DNA of 64,000 bases from a virus: the IMG/VR virus record IMGVR_UViG_3300031111_000008, positions 1-64,000 of that record; one strand, 5' to 3'. A program made the translations under genes and the position numbers. The notes under the pieces were generated by a model. The model was not told the origin of the DNA, searched no databases, and saw nothing but the letters and a program-made list of their open reading frames with translations. Positions 18,627-28,596 of this stretch are shown in pieces; the first letter of the stretch is position 1; every line of letters begins with the position of its first letter.

Positions 18627-18943
18627 AAAGGAAAAATGGAAAAGCAATTCATGGGAATGCTCTCCAACCGTCTCCAAAATCTTTGGTGCATGGCTGCCAA
18701 GTTGTTTGGGAGAAGGTGGCTTTGGTTCTCACTCTCCATCGGCGACAGCGGGGAATGGATCTAGTCCCGCCTCCGCATTTGTCAAACGATTGGAAATTCT
18801 GGAGAGCGATGGTTAAGCGATATGAAAAAGGTGATTACCGCCATACTGATGCCGAACTCCAAAGCATGAAGATGATTGCCCAATGGACTTTGGATGTTCA
18901 TTGTGAATTGAGAAACCAACCAAAGGTCCATGTAGATTTGTAG
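18623..18943 (+). CDS. hypothetical protein
   Basis: ATGA coupling. Confidence 0.6.
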   Translation: MKRKNGKAIHGNALQPSPKSLVHGCQVVWEKVALVLTLHRRQRGMDLVPPPHLSNDWKFWRAMVKRYEKGDYRHTDAELQSMKMIAQWTLDVHCELRNQPKVHVDL

Positions 18944-18954
18944 GAGAACCTCTA

Positions 18955-19197
18955 GTGGGAAATTTTCCTCACCCAAAAATACAAACACGTCCGACGCCCA
19001 GACTTGCTGATGTGCAGTGCTGCCGTTTGCAGTTTCAACCGGGCGACAGGGTGGTTGTTAGGATTTATCAAAAGTTGGACCAGTCGCAGCAACGGCGGTT
19101 GAAAAAATCTGTTGAGAAGTGGGCTGGAGATGTAGAAGTCTTGATCGTGGATTGCACGGTATTTGATGTTAAAGTACTCAAACCAGGGGATGTTTGA
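18955..19197 (+). CDS. hypothetical protein
   Basis: AGGAG RBS, GTG start. Confidence 0.55.
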   Translation: MGNFPHPKIQTRPTPRLADVQCCRLQFQPGDRVVVRIYQKLDQSQQRRLKKSVEKWAGDVEVLIVDCTVFDVKVLKPGDV

Positions 19198-19454
19198 TAA
19201 TGCCAGGGGAAGTAGCAAAAACGAGAATCCTACCAGAGGTTGCGGCGGCTATTGGAGACGACCAGCTTTCAATTGAGGATTATTCCAAAAACCTTCGTGA
19301 ATTTAACGAGGATTTTTGTCGTAACATGTTTAACCGTAGGGACTTCACTCTCAAATTCGAGATTCACGGAAACGGTGGAAAGATCATCCATTGCCGGGTC
19401 AGCAATGACCGTTTTGCCCGCCCAACGCAAGGTGGGGGAGGAAAGAAAAAATAG
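19194..19454 (+). CDS. hypothetical protein
   Basis: Coupled ORF. Confidence 0.55.
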   Translation: MIMPGEVAKTRILPEVAAAIGDDQLSIEDYSKNLREFNEDFCRNMFNRRDFTLKFEIHGNGGKIIHCRVSNDRFARPTQGGGGKKK

Positions 19455-19534
19455 GGATTTTTTCAAATTCCTATTGACTTAGTCATCATTCCGTGCAAAA
19501 TGCGAAGTAGAAACGAGGTCTAGGCGTCTAGATA

Positions 19535-19591
19535 GAGCCGCGACTTATCCGCAGTCTTGCCAAGGGGACTGGGTAATTCGCGGCTTATTTT
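19535..19591 (+). terminator. long hairpin plus T-tract in leader of Ser-rich gene
   Basis: GAGCCGCGA...TCGCGGCTT with inner CAGTCTT/GGGACTG, then ATTTT. Confidence 0.55.
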
Positions 19592-19607
19592 ATTGGAGCA
19601 ATGAAAC

Positions 19608-20294
19608 ATGACACGCCGAGTAACATTTTACCTTGGTCCTGCCGTAGGGTTGACTACACGGCGAATCACGATTGATCGGATGATGGGCGCTGGGGACGAT
19701 ACTACTCCGGCTACACAGGTCCATGTAAATTTGCCGGGGACTACGGAAGACACAACGCACGTTTTGCCCGATAACCGAATTTGGCGAGCGACTTTGGTGG
19801 ACACAAGAACTTCGGGGGAGGTGTCGGTTCCTGATTATCTCTATTTCAATACTGGTAGTTTGCAGTTTCCTGGACCGGATCCCAGGCGGGGGGCAAGGTT
19901 GCAAATTCTCTCTATGGAAGACCTTTCTTCCTCGTCGAGTTCGATCAGTACTTCTTCGATTTCGACTTCGAGTGTTTCTAGCAGTTCTTCCAGCAGCTCC
20001 TCGGCTAGTAGTTCGTCGAGCAGCTCGCAGAGTTCGTCTAGCAGCTCTTCGAGTTCTAGCAGCTCGATCAGCACGTCGAGTAGCTCGATCAGCACGTCTA
20101 GCGCGTCAAGTAGCTCGATCAGTACGTCCTCTATTAGTACATCGAGCAGTTCACAGTCGTCGAGTAGTTCCTCGTCGTTATCAAGCAGCTCTAGCAGCTC
20201 GATAAGTACTTCCAGTTCTTCTAGCAGCTCTAGCAGCTCGATAAGTACTTCCAGTTCTTCTAGCAGTTCCTCTGGCCTTGGGGCCGTCCCTTAA
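19608..20294 (+). CDS. head-region protein with ~105 aa domain and ~115 aa Ser-rich tail
   Basis: GGAG RBS; SSSSIST repeats. Confidence 0.85.
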   Translation: MTRRVTFYLGPAVGLTTRRITIDRMMGAGDDTTPATQVHVNLPGTTEDTTHVLPDNRIWRATLVDTRTSGEVSVPDYLYFNTGSLQFPGPDPRRGARLQILSMEDLSSSSSSISTSSISTSSVSSSSSSSSSASSSSSSSQSSSSSSSSSSSSISTSSSSISTSSASSSSISTSSISTSSSSQSSSSSSSLSSSSSSSISTSSSSSSSSSSISTSSSSSSSSGLGAVP

Positions 20295-20341
20295 CGTAGG
20301 TGGGTAGGTCACATCAATCAAAAAAGAAAGGATGTGTAAAA

Positions 20342-20668
20342 ATGGCGTCTCGACATGAAGATAGGAAAGCCTGTGTCAACCAAGCGGCTTTGGTTGATCT
20401 GACTTTATTCGGCCCGGTGAACAAGCTGAAGCAGTTCTTTCTGCAAACGAGCAAGACAGTTACGAGGCTAAGGCTGAGGACAAAAGGGGTCCAGCCGTTT
20501 ACCAAATCCATGCGTGGAGGCGTTGGGAATTTTCCCGGACTTCACGAAGTCATTTTTTGGCTGGATGATATTCAGAAAACCGAGCAATATGCAGAGGATA
20601 TTGATTTCCTCAAGAGGGTGCATGTTACACTAGCCGCTCGGGTTGCCCAGATGGATTCCGCCGTATAG
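20342..20668 (+). CDS. hypothetical protein
   Basis: AAGGA RBS. Confidence 0.65.
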   Translation: MASRHEDRKACVNQAALVDLTLFGPVNKLKQFFLQTSKTVTRLRLRTKGVQPFTKSMRGGVGNFPGLHEVIFWLDDIQKTEQYAEDIDFLKRVHVTLAARVAQMDSAV

Positions 20669-20966
20669 CAAGGCTACAAGCATGTACGTTGGATACCAAC
20701 AAATTGGTGTGACGAATGCTGTCTTTACGGCGGCAGATTTGACTATCCCAGCAAATGCTCATGGAGCGGAATTGCAAGCAGATGGTCAGAACGTCAGATA
20801 CATTATGGATGATGCTAGGGGGCCGACGAATACGATTGGCATGCTGCTTCTGACCACAAGTGATCCTAAATACTTCTCCATCGAGGACATCCGGAGAATT
20901 AGGTTCACCCGAGCGGCTGTTGGAGCTGTGTTGAACATTCATTACGTAGCTGGCAGAGACGTATAA
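20643..20966 (+). CDS. small phage structural/decoration-type protein
   Basis: GYQQI...LTIPA.A..ELQADGQNVRY..D..GPT..IGM resembles a recurrent phage family; start uncertain (20643 or 20682). Confidence 0.6.
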   Translation: MPRWIPPYSKATSMYVGYQQIGVTNAVFTAADLTIPANAHGAELQADGQNVRYIMDDARGPTNTIGMLLLTTSDPKYFSIEDIRRIRFTRAAVGAVLNIHYVAGRDV

Positions 20967-22552
20967 TGCCACTTCCAGAACCTAGACAGGATGAAAGTGA
21001 GTCGGATTTCATATCCAGATGTATGTTGAGTTCCATCGTCGAAGAAGAAAGCTCCAGCCATGAGCAGGCTGTTGCCATTTGTACGAGCCAGTGGAGAAAT
21101 CGGGAGCGTGAGTCTATGTCCATAAATGATAAACTGCTTCAAGCCATTCGGAATCGTACAAAGCAAGAGTCTTTCGGTTGTGGGATTCTGACGGCTGACC
21201 GTTGGGTTGCAAATCTGCGCGACCAAATTGGAATTGAGGGCTGTAACAAATACTGCATCGACAGACGAAAAGGTAGTTTTGAAGATCTGCTGTCGAAAGC
21301 GGCAAAGACCCTCACGTATTCAAACAACGACATGCGGTTTGGGTCGAAGATCACAACGGCAGATGGTTCCGTTGAGGGTGTAGAGCTTCCAAAGAATACC
21401 TTGATGGCGTTTCGGCACACCCTTACCAGTTCGGCAAAGGATCGGGATGGAGATGTTCTCCGTAGTGAGGGAATGACCATCGATCCTCACATGCTTTTGC
21501 TTTGGCAGCATGTACACACTTTGCCTATCGGAAAGTCGATTAAGATTCACGAACAGAATACGGATCGCGTCGAGATGATTTCCGCCATCGTGGACATGAA
21601 CGAGTTGTCACACGACGCGGCTGTCATGATCGACAATGGAATGGGTCGGTTTTCCCACGGATTTCGCGCCATCGAGTTCGAGGAGATGAAGAATGCCAAT
21701 GGGGATTTCGATGGTTTCGATGTGAAGCGGGCTGAGATCATGGAAGAGTCTTTGGTATCCGTTCCTGCGAATGTGGATGCGGAAACCCATGAAGTTCTGC
21801 TTTCTTTGGTTGAGAACGGCAAATTGACTTCTCCTCTGATGAAGCAGTATGGGACGATTCTCAGAGAAGATAAACCTCCAATGGTTTCTGGGATCTCTTT
21901 CAAGCAGACCAAGGGTGATCATACACTGGCCGTCGATTGTAGTAGTACGGACGAACTGAAAACGATCCTTGGAATGGGCAAAAATAAAGGGGAAAAAGAT
22001 GAAGATACCAAAGAATCCAAAGGAGCGGGAGACGACAGCTCACCAGAAGAAACCTGTGATGTTGGAGAAAAAGGAAAAGAAACGAAAGACCTTGAATTGT
22101 CAGAAGTGAAACGGTACGGGGAGTTGAGTGGTTCGTGGGAGTCCAAGATCTCGACGTTAGGCATGCAGGCTAAGCAGCATTTGAAAAGTGCTGGCTTGGA
22201 TATGGGGGATCGAGATTGGGCTTATCTCGTAGCTACGTATGATGAGTATGCGATCATCTGTGCCGAGAGGGCTGAATATAATGTTCCCGACGAATTTCGC
22301 TATTTCAAGGTTGAGTGGGAATTAAAGGAAGGCGAAGCGAAATTGAAAGGTGGTTATGCTCAAGTAGACATAGTTACCAATGTAGAGCTTCGGGAAAGAG
22401 CTGCTTCCTTGAGCAAGAAAAAGGAAGTCGACGAGGCCGCCATTGTCATTTTGAGCCGGTCGACGGAAGCCCAGAAGAGAGCTTTGATTTCTCAACTGAC
22501 CGCGATGCTTCCTTCCAAGAAGGTCAACGATTACAAAAAGTTGGTGGGTTAG
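20966..22552 (+). CDS. prohead (capsid maturation) protease, HK97 type, with N- and C-terminal extensions
   Basis: DRDGD, LLWQH, PIGK, FSHGF, EESLVSVPAN. Confidence 0.88.
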   Translation: MPLPEPRQDESESDFISRCMLSSIVEEESSSHEQAVAICTSQWRNRERESMSINDKLLQAIRNRTKQESFGCGILTADRWVANLRDQIGIEGCNKYCIDRRKGSFEDLLSKAAKTLTYSNNDMRFGSKITTADGSVEGVELPKNTLMAFRHTLTSSAKDRDGDVLRSEGMTIDPHMLLLWQHVHTLPIGKSIKIHEQNTDRVEMISAIVDMNELSHDAAVMIDNGMGRFSHGFRAIEFEEMKNANGDFDGFDVKRAEIMEESLVSVPANVDAETHEVLLSLVENGKLTSPLMKQYGTILREDKPPMVSGISFKQTKGDHTLAVDCSSTDELKTILGMGKNKGEKDEDTKESKGAGDDSSPEETCDVGEKGKETKDLELSEVKRYGELSGSWESKISTLGMQAKQHLKSAGLDMGDRDWAYLVATYDEYAIICAERAEYNVPDEFRYFKVEWELKEGEAKLKGGYAQVDIVTNVELRERAASLSKKKEVDEAAIVILSRSTEAQKRALISQLTAMLPSKKVNDYKKLVG

Positions 22553-22653
22553 ATCGGTTTTTTCCAAGTACGACCACCGATAACGAGAAATATCTGATGC
22601 GTTACGACGGTCGTAACGGTCATTTCTAAGTGTTTTTGATCGAGGTATAGATC

Positions 22654-24228
22654 ATGACAGAGTTGCTGAAGAAGTGGCTCGTCGACAATTGCGACGTTAA
22701 GGCGGACGCATCAGATGACGAGTTCAAAAAGGCGATGGCGGAAGCGATGGTTTCGGGCAAGCTTACTCCCGAGAAGTATGCCAAGCTCGCTCAGGATCCC
22801 GTCGAGAAGGAAGCGAACGAATTCGCTACCAAATTGGATGCGGTCATCGACGGCATTGGGAAGCTGACGGAAGCGATGACGAAGAAGGAGGAACCGAAGG
22901 AAGAGAAGAAGACTGAGGAGAAAAAGGAGACTCCCGAAGTCAAGGATCTCGAAGGTAAGGAAACCGGCAAGATGGTCGGGGAACTCGGCGGAACTCCCGA
23001 TGATCCTTCGGACGAGAAGGCTTTCAATATCCGAGTCAAGGAAGCCGTCGAGCATTACGACAACACGAAGGGCGCTTTGGTTTATCCCGAGAAGACTCAT
23101 CGTGATGCCGCCCACCCGTTGGCCGGGATGCCCGTTTCGGAATTTGGGAGGACGAAGACTTCCCTGTCCATCCGAGACAAGGCTTTGGCTGGTAGTTGGG
23201 CGAAGTTTGCCATCCAGGCGAACTTGGTGAAGTCCACGCAGATTGCTTATGACAACCTGCCTCAGCACGACAAGGAACTGCTTCACTATCTGTGTGACAA
23301 GACGGAGTGGGACGACATCACGAAGGACAACGGCGCTACTCGGATGGGTTACCCCGGCGGTGTCAAGCAGTTGATCGACGACGGCGGTGCCAGCGGCGGT
23401 CTCGAAGCCGCTCCGATTGTCTTCGACGATATGGTCATCGAAACCCCTCTGCTCTACGGCGAGCTTTTCCCGCTCGTGAACGTCGTTCCGATTGATCGTG
23501 GTCGCCGGATCGAAGGTGTCACGGTTGGTCAGGTGACTGGTGCGTGGGGTGGTGTTGACGACACGGCGATAACGCTGTTCAACACTACGGCCTATGTCGC
23601 CGCGTTCGATACCTCGATCTATCGTTGGGAGGGTTCCATCCACGTCGGTTTGGACTTCCTCTCCGATACGCCGATTGATTTTGGCCAACTGATTTCTCGT
23701 CAGTATGGAAACGAACTGATGAGACAATTGGACATCGTGGTCGCTGTCGGTAACGGTACGACCCAGCCGCAAGGCGTGATGAACAGTGGTGCTACTGCTG
23801 TTGCTTGGGGTGGTGCTACTACCCTTGGCAATTACGAATCGCTTCGGTTCGGTGTTGCCAAGCCCGAGCATTCCACCGATATGCGGAGAACGGCTGTCTT
23901 CTGTGGAACTGAAACCAGTTACCAGAGGGCGATGGCGATTCCCGTGGGAGCGGCGGATGTCCGCAGGATCTTCGGAATGGATTACGATGGCTATTCGATC
24001 ATGAATCGCAAGTATGCCATCAATGAGAGTCTGACGAATGCCCAAATCTTCTACGCGATACTCGGTCGATACCGGATGTACCGCCGTCGAGGATTTGTGC
24101 TGCGTAGTTCTACGGAGGGGGATACCCTGATTCGTCAAAACGAACTTTTGATCGCGGTGATGGCCCGTTACGGTGGGCAAATGGAGCGAGCTGCTGCTGC
24201 TTCGTTGACGACTACGGCACCTGCGTAG
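22654..24228 (+). CDS. major capsid protein (HK97 fold) with N-terminal scaffold region
   Basis: GGLEAAP, DFLSDTPID, GNGTTQPQG, R.GG; strong codon bias; position. Confidence 0.92.
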   Translation: MTELLKKWLVDNCDVKADASDDEFKKAMAEAMVSGKLTPEKYAKLAQDPVEKEANEFATKLDAVIDGIGKLTEAMTKKEEPKEEKKTEEKKETPEVKDLEGKETGKMVGELGGTPDDPSDEKAFNIRVKEAVEHYDNTKGALVYPEKTHRDAAHPLAGMPVSEFGRTKTSLSIRDKALAGSWAKFAIQANLVKSTQIAYDNLPQHDKELLHYLCDKTEWDDITKDNGATRMGYPGGVKQLIDDGGASGGLEAAPIVFDDMVIETPLLYGELFPLVNVVPIDRGRRIEGVTVGQVTGAWGGVDDTAITLFNTTAYVAAFDTSIYRWEGSIHVGLDFLSDTPIDFGQLISRQYGNELMRQLDIVVAVGNGTTQPQGVMNSGATAVAWGGATTLGNYESLRFGVAKPEHSTDMRRTAVFCGTETSYQRAMAIPVGAADVRRIFGMDYDGYSIMNRKYAINESLTNAQIFYAILGRYRMYRRRGFVLRSSTEGDTLIRQNELLIAVMARYGGQMERAAAASLTTTAPA

Positions 24229-24248
24229 GTTTGAAGCTATCCCCTTGG

Positions 24249-24299
24249 TGCCTCGCTCTCGGTCTTTTGGGTTCTCGCCGGGAGCGAGGCAGATTTTCT
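24249..24299 (+). terminator. intrinsic terminator after capsid gene
   Basis: TGCCTCGCTCTCGG/CCGGGAGCGAGGCA stem then GATTTTCT. Confidence 0.75.
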
Positions 24300-24336
24300 A
24301 AATTTTCAAGCAGAACCCTCCGAGGGGAAATAAATT

Positions 24337-24942
24337 ATGAGTACAGACGTAACAGAAACACCGAAGAAGAAAGCATCGTCAGTCGCGCCGTTCGTTGCTG
24401 AGTTGACTGGAAATTGTTGTGACATTGTTGTTCAGTCCATTCCAGGCGCGAGGCTGCGGGGAGCCGTAACTCATTTGAGGAAGGTTTTCAATCCGCAGAG
24501 AAACGGCCAAGAGGAAATGGCTCCTTCGGGAATCATTCCTGGAACTCCCGACATACCTGGAATGCAGCTTCATGTCAATCCTGGTTTGTGTCGGGTAAAG
24601 ATCGTTGATCCTCTTCGAGGCAACGACGATCTGTGTTCAAGCATTCTTCGCGTTCTGAAAAGTCAGCATGTACTCCGCACCGCTGAGAAGGTTGAGGGAG
24701 TACCTACCCGAGAGGAGAAACTTGAGCCCAGCCGAATGAAAACTCTCTGCCGAGAGATTTTCCGAATGGTGAAAGATGACATGGCGGTCATCAAGAAGGG
24801 TCCGCCTCCGACAATGGATGAGATTGACGATCTTCCTGGGCATTACCTTTTGAATCCTGGAAGCCACGTCCAAAACCATCAGCCCAAGTACGAGAAGGAC
24901 TTGGAAAACTTTGTAGAGAATCTCACTAGAGCTGGTGCGTAG
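24337..24942 (+). CDS. hypothetical protein
   Basis: GAGGGG RBS; 201 aa ORF. Confidence 0.75.
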   Translation: MSTDVTETPKKKASSVAPFVAELTGNCCDIVVQSIPGARLRGAVTHLRKVFNPQRNGQEEMAPSGIIPGTPDIPGMQLHVNPGLCRVKIVDPLRGNDDLCSSILRVLKSQHVLRTAEKVEGVPTREEKLEPSRMKTLCREIFRMVKDDMAVIKKGPPPTMDEIDDLPGHYLLNPGSHVQNHQPKYEKDLENFVENLTRAGA

Positions 24943-24944
24943 GC

Positions 24945-25415
24945 ATGGCGAAATTTCATTCAGGAATTGAACACAATCGAGTACTGAAAGCCACTGCGGC
25001 TGGTAGGAGATCAACCTACATTGAATGGAAAATTCGGGAGGTGGTGGATTCAATCGCTCTTACTATGAGAGCGAGAGTCAAGATTGCAACGGAGTTAATC
25101 CATTCAAGAGTTGTGATCAATATCAGCAAACCTGTGGGAAGAAATGCAAAAGGCAGAGTAATTCAACGGAGTAAGCCAGGAGAGTATCCACGAGCTGAAA
25201 CAACTCAACTCATGAAATCGGTAGAGAGTTGGGTGCAAGTTCCCAGGCGAAGAGTTGCGGAGGGAATCATACAAGCCAAAGTAATCGCCCCTGGTGGTGC
25301 GGATTACGCGGCCATTCTGGAGAAGTGGAAGAAGTTAGATCGGAACTATTTGATCCGAACTCTTAATGAAAACCGCGCACTGGTAATAAAGGTTTTGACA
25401 GGACCAATCAAATGA
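24945..25415 (+). CDS. tail completion/neck protein (HK97 gp10-like)
   Basis: SKPGEYP..T.QL..S, YA..LE, R.YL; basic. Confidence 0.7.
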   Translation: MAKFHSGIEHNRVLKATAAGRRSTYIEWKIREVVDSIALTMRARVKIATELIHSRVVINISKPVGRNAKGRVIQRSKPGEYPRAETTQLMKSVESWVQVPRRRVAEGIIQAKVIAPGGADYAAILEKWKKLDRNYLIRTLNENRALVIKVLTGPIK

Positions 25416-25912
25416 CAGTTGCTTCGGCAGATCTTGATAAAGCGATCAATGCAGTGTGGGATGCCTCCACACTGGATACGCTGTTTCAAGCTTTGCACAA
25501 GTCCGATGTGAGTGCCTCCCAGTGGTCGATTCTTAACAACGACGAAGCTTCTCCAAAACAACCATTTCCTTATTGTGTTTATAGTCTTCGTCCTAGTGCC
25601 ACAACTACCCGAATGAGTGCGAAAGCTGGATTTCTTTGGGAAATCCGCGACATTGTTTGCGAATTCAGAGTTCATGCCCGCAAGGTTTCTGGAGACAGCA
25701 GAAGCGCTAAGCAGATTGCTGCTTATTTGGTTGAAGAGATTATGAAGATCTTTGGTGGCCATCCAACCCAAGCTCCTACCGATCTGGAATTGGATAACGG
25801 TAATTTTCTGATCACGGAGTATCAAAACGATATGGGTTTGCGGACTGGGGAAAGTGAATATCAATGGGGCGTGACCTACCTTTTCAGGTTAGACGTTCCT
25901 GTAGCGGTATAA
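25412..25912 (+). CDS. tail terminator protein
   Basis: PKQPFPYCVY, FRVHA, position before tail tube. Confidence 0.7.
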   Translation: MTVASADLDKAINAVWDASTLDTLFQALHKSDVSASQWSILNNDEASPKQPFPYCVYSLRPSATTTRMSAKAGFLWEIRDIVCEFRVHARKVSGDSRSAKQIAAYLVEEIMKIFGGHPTQAPTDLELDNGNFLITEYQNDMGLRTGESEYQWGVTYLFRLDVPVAV

Positions 25913-25925
25913 GGGAGAGAGTTCC

Positions 25926-26741
25926 ATGGGCCGTAGTCTTTCCAGCATCAGAGCAGAGTTGAGGTTGTTCGCCTCATTGACGAATACTTTGAATGATTCT
26001 GTCGGTGTTAGTGTGAACCATCCCAATTTGAACAACAAGCCTACAATAACCTCGGGGTTAGGGTCCAACCAGGCGAATCGTGGTTGGCAAAGTCTTAATA
26101 GATCACTGGCTAACGGGGCGGTTGAGGATCTCGATCTTTACGATTTGGCAAGTGTTGACATCGGGGCCGGTGTTGGGAGGGACGGCGTAGGTCAGACGAT
26201 CATACTTCAAGAAATCGTAGCCATCGCCATTATAAATACAAATGCAATCACGGCTGCGGGAGAACTTGAAATCCAACCTTCTGCTGAGAATGGTTGGACT
26301 CCAATAGGATCCCACACTCAGGCTAATGGAGCTTCTTTGAAAGGGCAGGGAGTCCTTTTCAAAGCCCAGTACGCGGATACGGCATTTGAAGTGACCGATG
26401 GAGCCAGTCATAGAGTCAAGTTCACTGCCACGGGCGGATCTGTTACTTATTCGATCTACATCTTGGGCCGTTCGGATACCGATGAATCGAGTTCGAGTTC
26501 TTCGAGTTCCATTTCCACATCGGGTAGTTCCAGTTCGCAGAGCACTTCCAGTAGCAGTCCATCTTCGTCTAGCTGGAGTAGTTCTTCCAGTAGTTCTAGC
26601 AGCTCGATCAGTACGTCGAGCAGCTCGATCTCGACATCGTCCTCGTCGAGTTCGAGTTCGACAAGCACCTCGTCACAATCGTCCAGCAGTACTTCTAGTA
26701 GTTCTGTGAGTACCTCAAGCAGTTCGTCCAGCTCTAGCTAA
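25926..26741 (+). CDS. tail-region protein with ~85 aa Ser-rich C-terminal tail
   Basis: Beta-rich domain, then ESSSSSSSSIST... to the stop. Confidence 0.85.
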   Translation: MGRSLSSIRAELRLFASLTNTLNDSVGVSVNHPNLNNKPTITSGLGSNQANRGWQSLNRSLANGAVEDLDLYDLASVDIGAGVGRDGVGQTIILQEIVAIAIINTNAITAAGELEIQPSAENGWTPIGSHTQANGASLKGQGVLFKAQYADTAFEVTDGASHRVKFTATGGSVTYSIYILGRSDTDESSSSSSSSISTSGSSSSQSTSSSSPSSSSWSSSSSSSSSSISTSSSSISTSSSSSSSSTSTSSQSSSSTSSSSVSTSSSSSSSS

Positions 26742-26758
26742 AGCGTGGAGAGTGAAAT

Positions 26759-27193
26759 ATGACAAGTGAAAATACCCAAACTGGAAGGGATGGCACGTTC
26801 ACCTGGGGTGGTACTGAAATTGCCAGGACTACTCAATGGGCTGTTAATCCTACCCTAGCTACCAGTAGTGAGTGGGGCGATAGCGACAGCTCGGGGTTCA
26901 CCAACCGTGCTGCGGGACGAAAGGATTGCACTTTCACCACGGAGGGAAAGTATGATTCCGAGAATGAAATCTTCGAGCTGTTCCAGCCTGAAGACATTTC
27001 GGCGGCGGTTCTCTGGCTGGCCAGGACGTTGGCATTCCATTGGGACTTCCCAAGAGCAATGTGTACCGATTTCAACTTGACGGTGAACATCGATACTGAA
27101 GAAGTTATCGGTTGGACGGCCAGCCACGGCGCGGATGGAGTGTTTTATTATCCTGGTGAGACCGGGCATTCTTCACCCGCCGTACCTGTGTAA
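26759..27193 (+). CDS. tail tube (major tail) protein
   Basis: TGRDG...W...G.KD.TFT.EG...; size and position. Confidence 0.75.
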   Translation: MTSENTQTGRDGTFTWGGTEIARTTQWAVNPTLATSSEWGDSDSSGFTNRAAGRKDCTFTTEGKYDSENEIFELFQPEDISAAVLWLARTLAFHWDFPRAMCTDFNLTVNIDTEEVIGWTASHGADGVFYYPGETGHSSPAVPV

Positions 27194-27198
27194 AGACC

Positions 27199-27429
27199 AT
27201 GAACGAGAATGTTCATCATGTTGTGAAAGTGGAATCGCACTGGCTGCCTACTTGTCAGTGCGATTCTTGTGTTGCCGAACGAAAGAGGCGATCCAGTCCC
27301 TCCTCGAAACCTCATCTGAAAAACCTCTCTCCCGAGGCTGCCTTCCTTCTGGGATACATCTCATCCCGCTCCTCTGCTGGATCTCTCGCCCGACAAGTGT
27401 TTAATGCCTCTCAGGAAGCCGAGAATTAG
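27199..27429 (+). CDS. small hypothetical protein
   Basis: CQCDSC motif; inserted between tube and chaperone. Confidence 0.45.
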   Translation: MNENVHHVVKVESHWLPTCQCDSCVAERKRRSSPSSKPHLKNLSPEAAFLLGYISSRSSAGSLARQVFNASQEAEN

Positions 27430-27537
27430 CTTCTAACGCTGTTCTAGGTTTTGAGAGGGTTGCGTGTCGTTTTTTGGCAAGGACGCTTCTGAGGACCGTT
27501 TCTGAGTGTTTCTGTTTAATGTAAAAAGGGGAAAGTT

Positions 27538-28176
27538 ATGGGAGATGGCGAAGCTAGAGTTTTGGGTGCTGGGGACACTATCGCCATTGGTCATGGGAAC
27601 GATAAGAAGGAGTACAAACTCCGACCTGTCGTGGCTAAGCATCTTTGTGATCTGGAACGGGAGGCGCTGAAGCATTACAAGCGGCAGTACCTCAGCACAT
27701 TTGCAGACAATCTGGATCTGTTGAACAACGGCAGTGGGGATGAGTTGCTTCAGAGGGAAATGCGTACGGCTGCTTCGTGGAGCCTTCACGACCTTCCTCA
27801 GAAGGATGTTTTTGATACGAGCAGGGTGCCCATCAACGATAGGGTTAGAAATTGGATCAAGGAGGTATTCGACGCGGATCCCGATAGTGATGATGCCGCG
27901 AGGGCCATTCTGGGTACGGCTTTGGATCAGGGGACGGTTTCTCCCAGGGACATCAATAAGATGACGGGCAAATCTCCCGTTCGGGGGAAGGTCCGTTACG
28001 ACCAATGGTGGATTACCGCTTGTATGGAAGGGATGATTTCTTTCATCGTGTCTTCCGTGCAGTTGGAACATCCCAAAATAACTCGAAACGACATCGAGAA
28101 ATGGTCGTTTGGGAAGATTGCCGAAGCTGCTCGTAAAGTTGAGCAAATAACGACGGCCGACATGGGAAATACATAA
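27538..28176 (+). CDS. tail assembly chaperone (G)
   Basis: Position; ends in G-GGA-AAT slippery site. Confidence 0.75.
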   Translation: MGDGEARVLGAGDTIAIGHGNDKKEYKLRPVVAKHLCDLEREALKHYKRQYLSTFADNLDLLNNGSGDELLQREMRTAASWSLHDLPQKDVFDTSRVPINDRVRNWIKEVFDADPDSDDAARAILGTALDQGTVSPRDINKMTGKSPVRGKVRYDQWWITACMEGMISFIVSSVQLEHPKITRNDIEKWSFGKIAEAARKVEQITTADMGNT

Positions 28177-28592
28177 GCGCCGCTGCCCTCAGAAACGTCG
28201 ACGAGAAGGAAGTCGTCGATGGCGGCGGATTGTTAGGACAATTGACGAGCTACCATCTCCGAATCCTTTGCGAGTGTCCAATGAACGGTGGGGGAGGATA
28301 CACACCGGATGAGGTTGGCATGATGTCTTTGGATCAGATTTGGTTTCGATTGGTGGATATGGACATCCTGAAAAACAAATCTGGAGGTAAGCCCAAGAAG
28401 GTTAGCCGATTGGAAGCTGTGGGTAGTTTATCTCCCGACGAGAATGGTCTAGTAAAAGGGCGAGCGGCAGATGGAACTCCTTTCAAAGCTAGACTTGGAG
28501 GGAAATCCGTAGCCAGACAATTGATGGAAAGAGAAGCTGCTAAGAGGGCAGCGGAATTGGCGGGCAAGAAGAAGAGAAGAAGAATGGGGTAA
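28164..28592 (+). CDS. tail assembly chaperone GT extension via -1 frameshift
   Basis: -1 frame open from GGGAAAT (28164-28170) into ORF 28230-28592; GYTPDEVG.MSL.Q. Confidence 0.75.
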   Translation, partial: GKYISAAALRNVDEKEVVDGGGLLGQLTSYHLRILCECPMNGGGGYTPDEVGMMSLDQIWFRLVDMDILKNKSGGKPKKVSRLEAVGSLSPDENGLVKGRAADGTPFKARLGGKSVARQLMEREAAKRAAELAGKKKRRRMG

Positions 28593-28596
28593 TTCC

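Noticed and set aside
22711-24180. 489-aa antisense ORF over the capsid gene (likewise 3996-5054 and 56812-58080)
   Set aside because: Expected by-product of strong codon bias on the sense strand; no recognisable motifs
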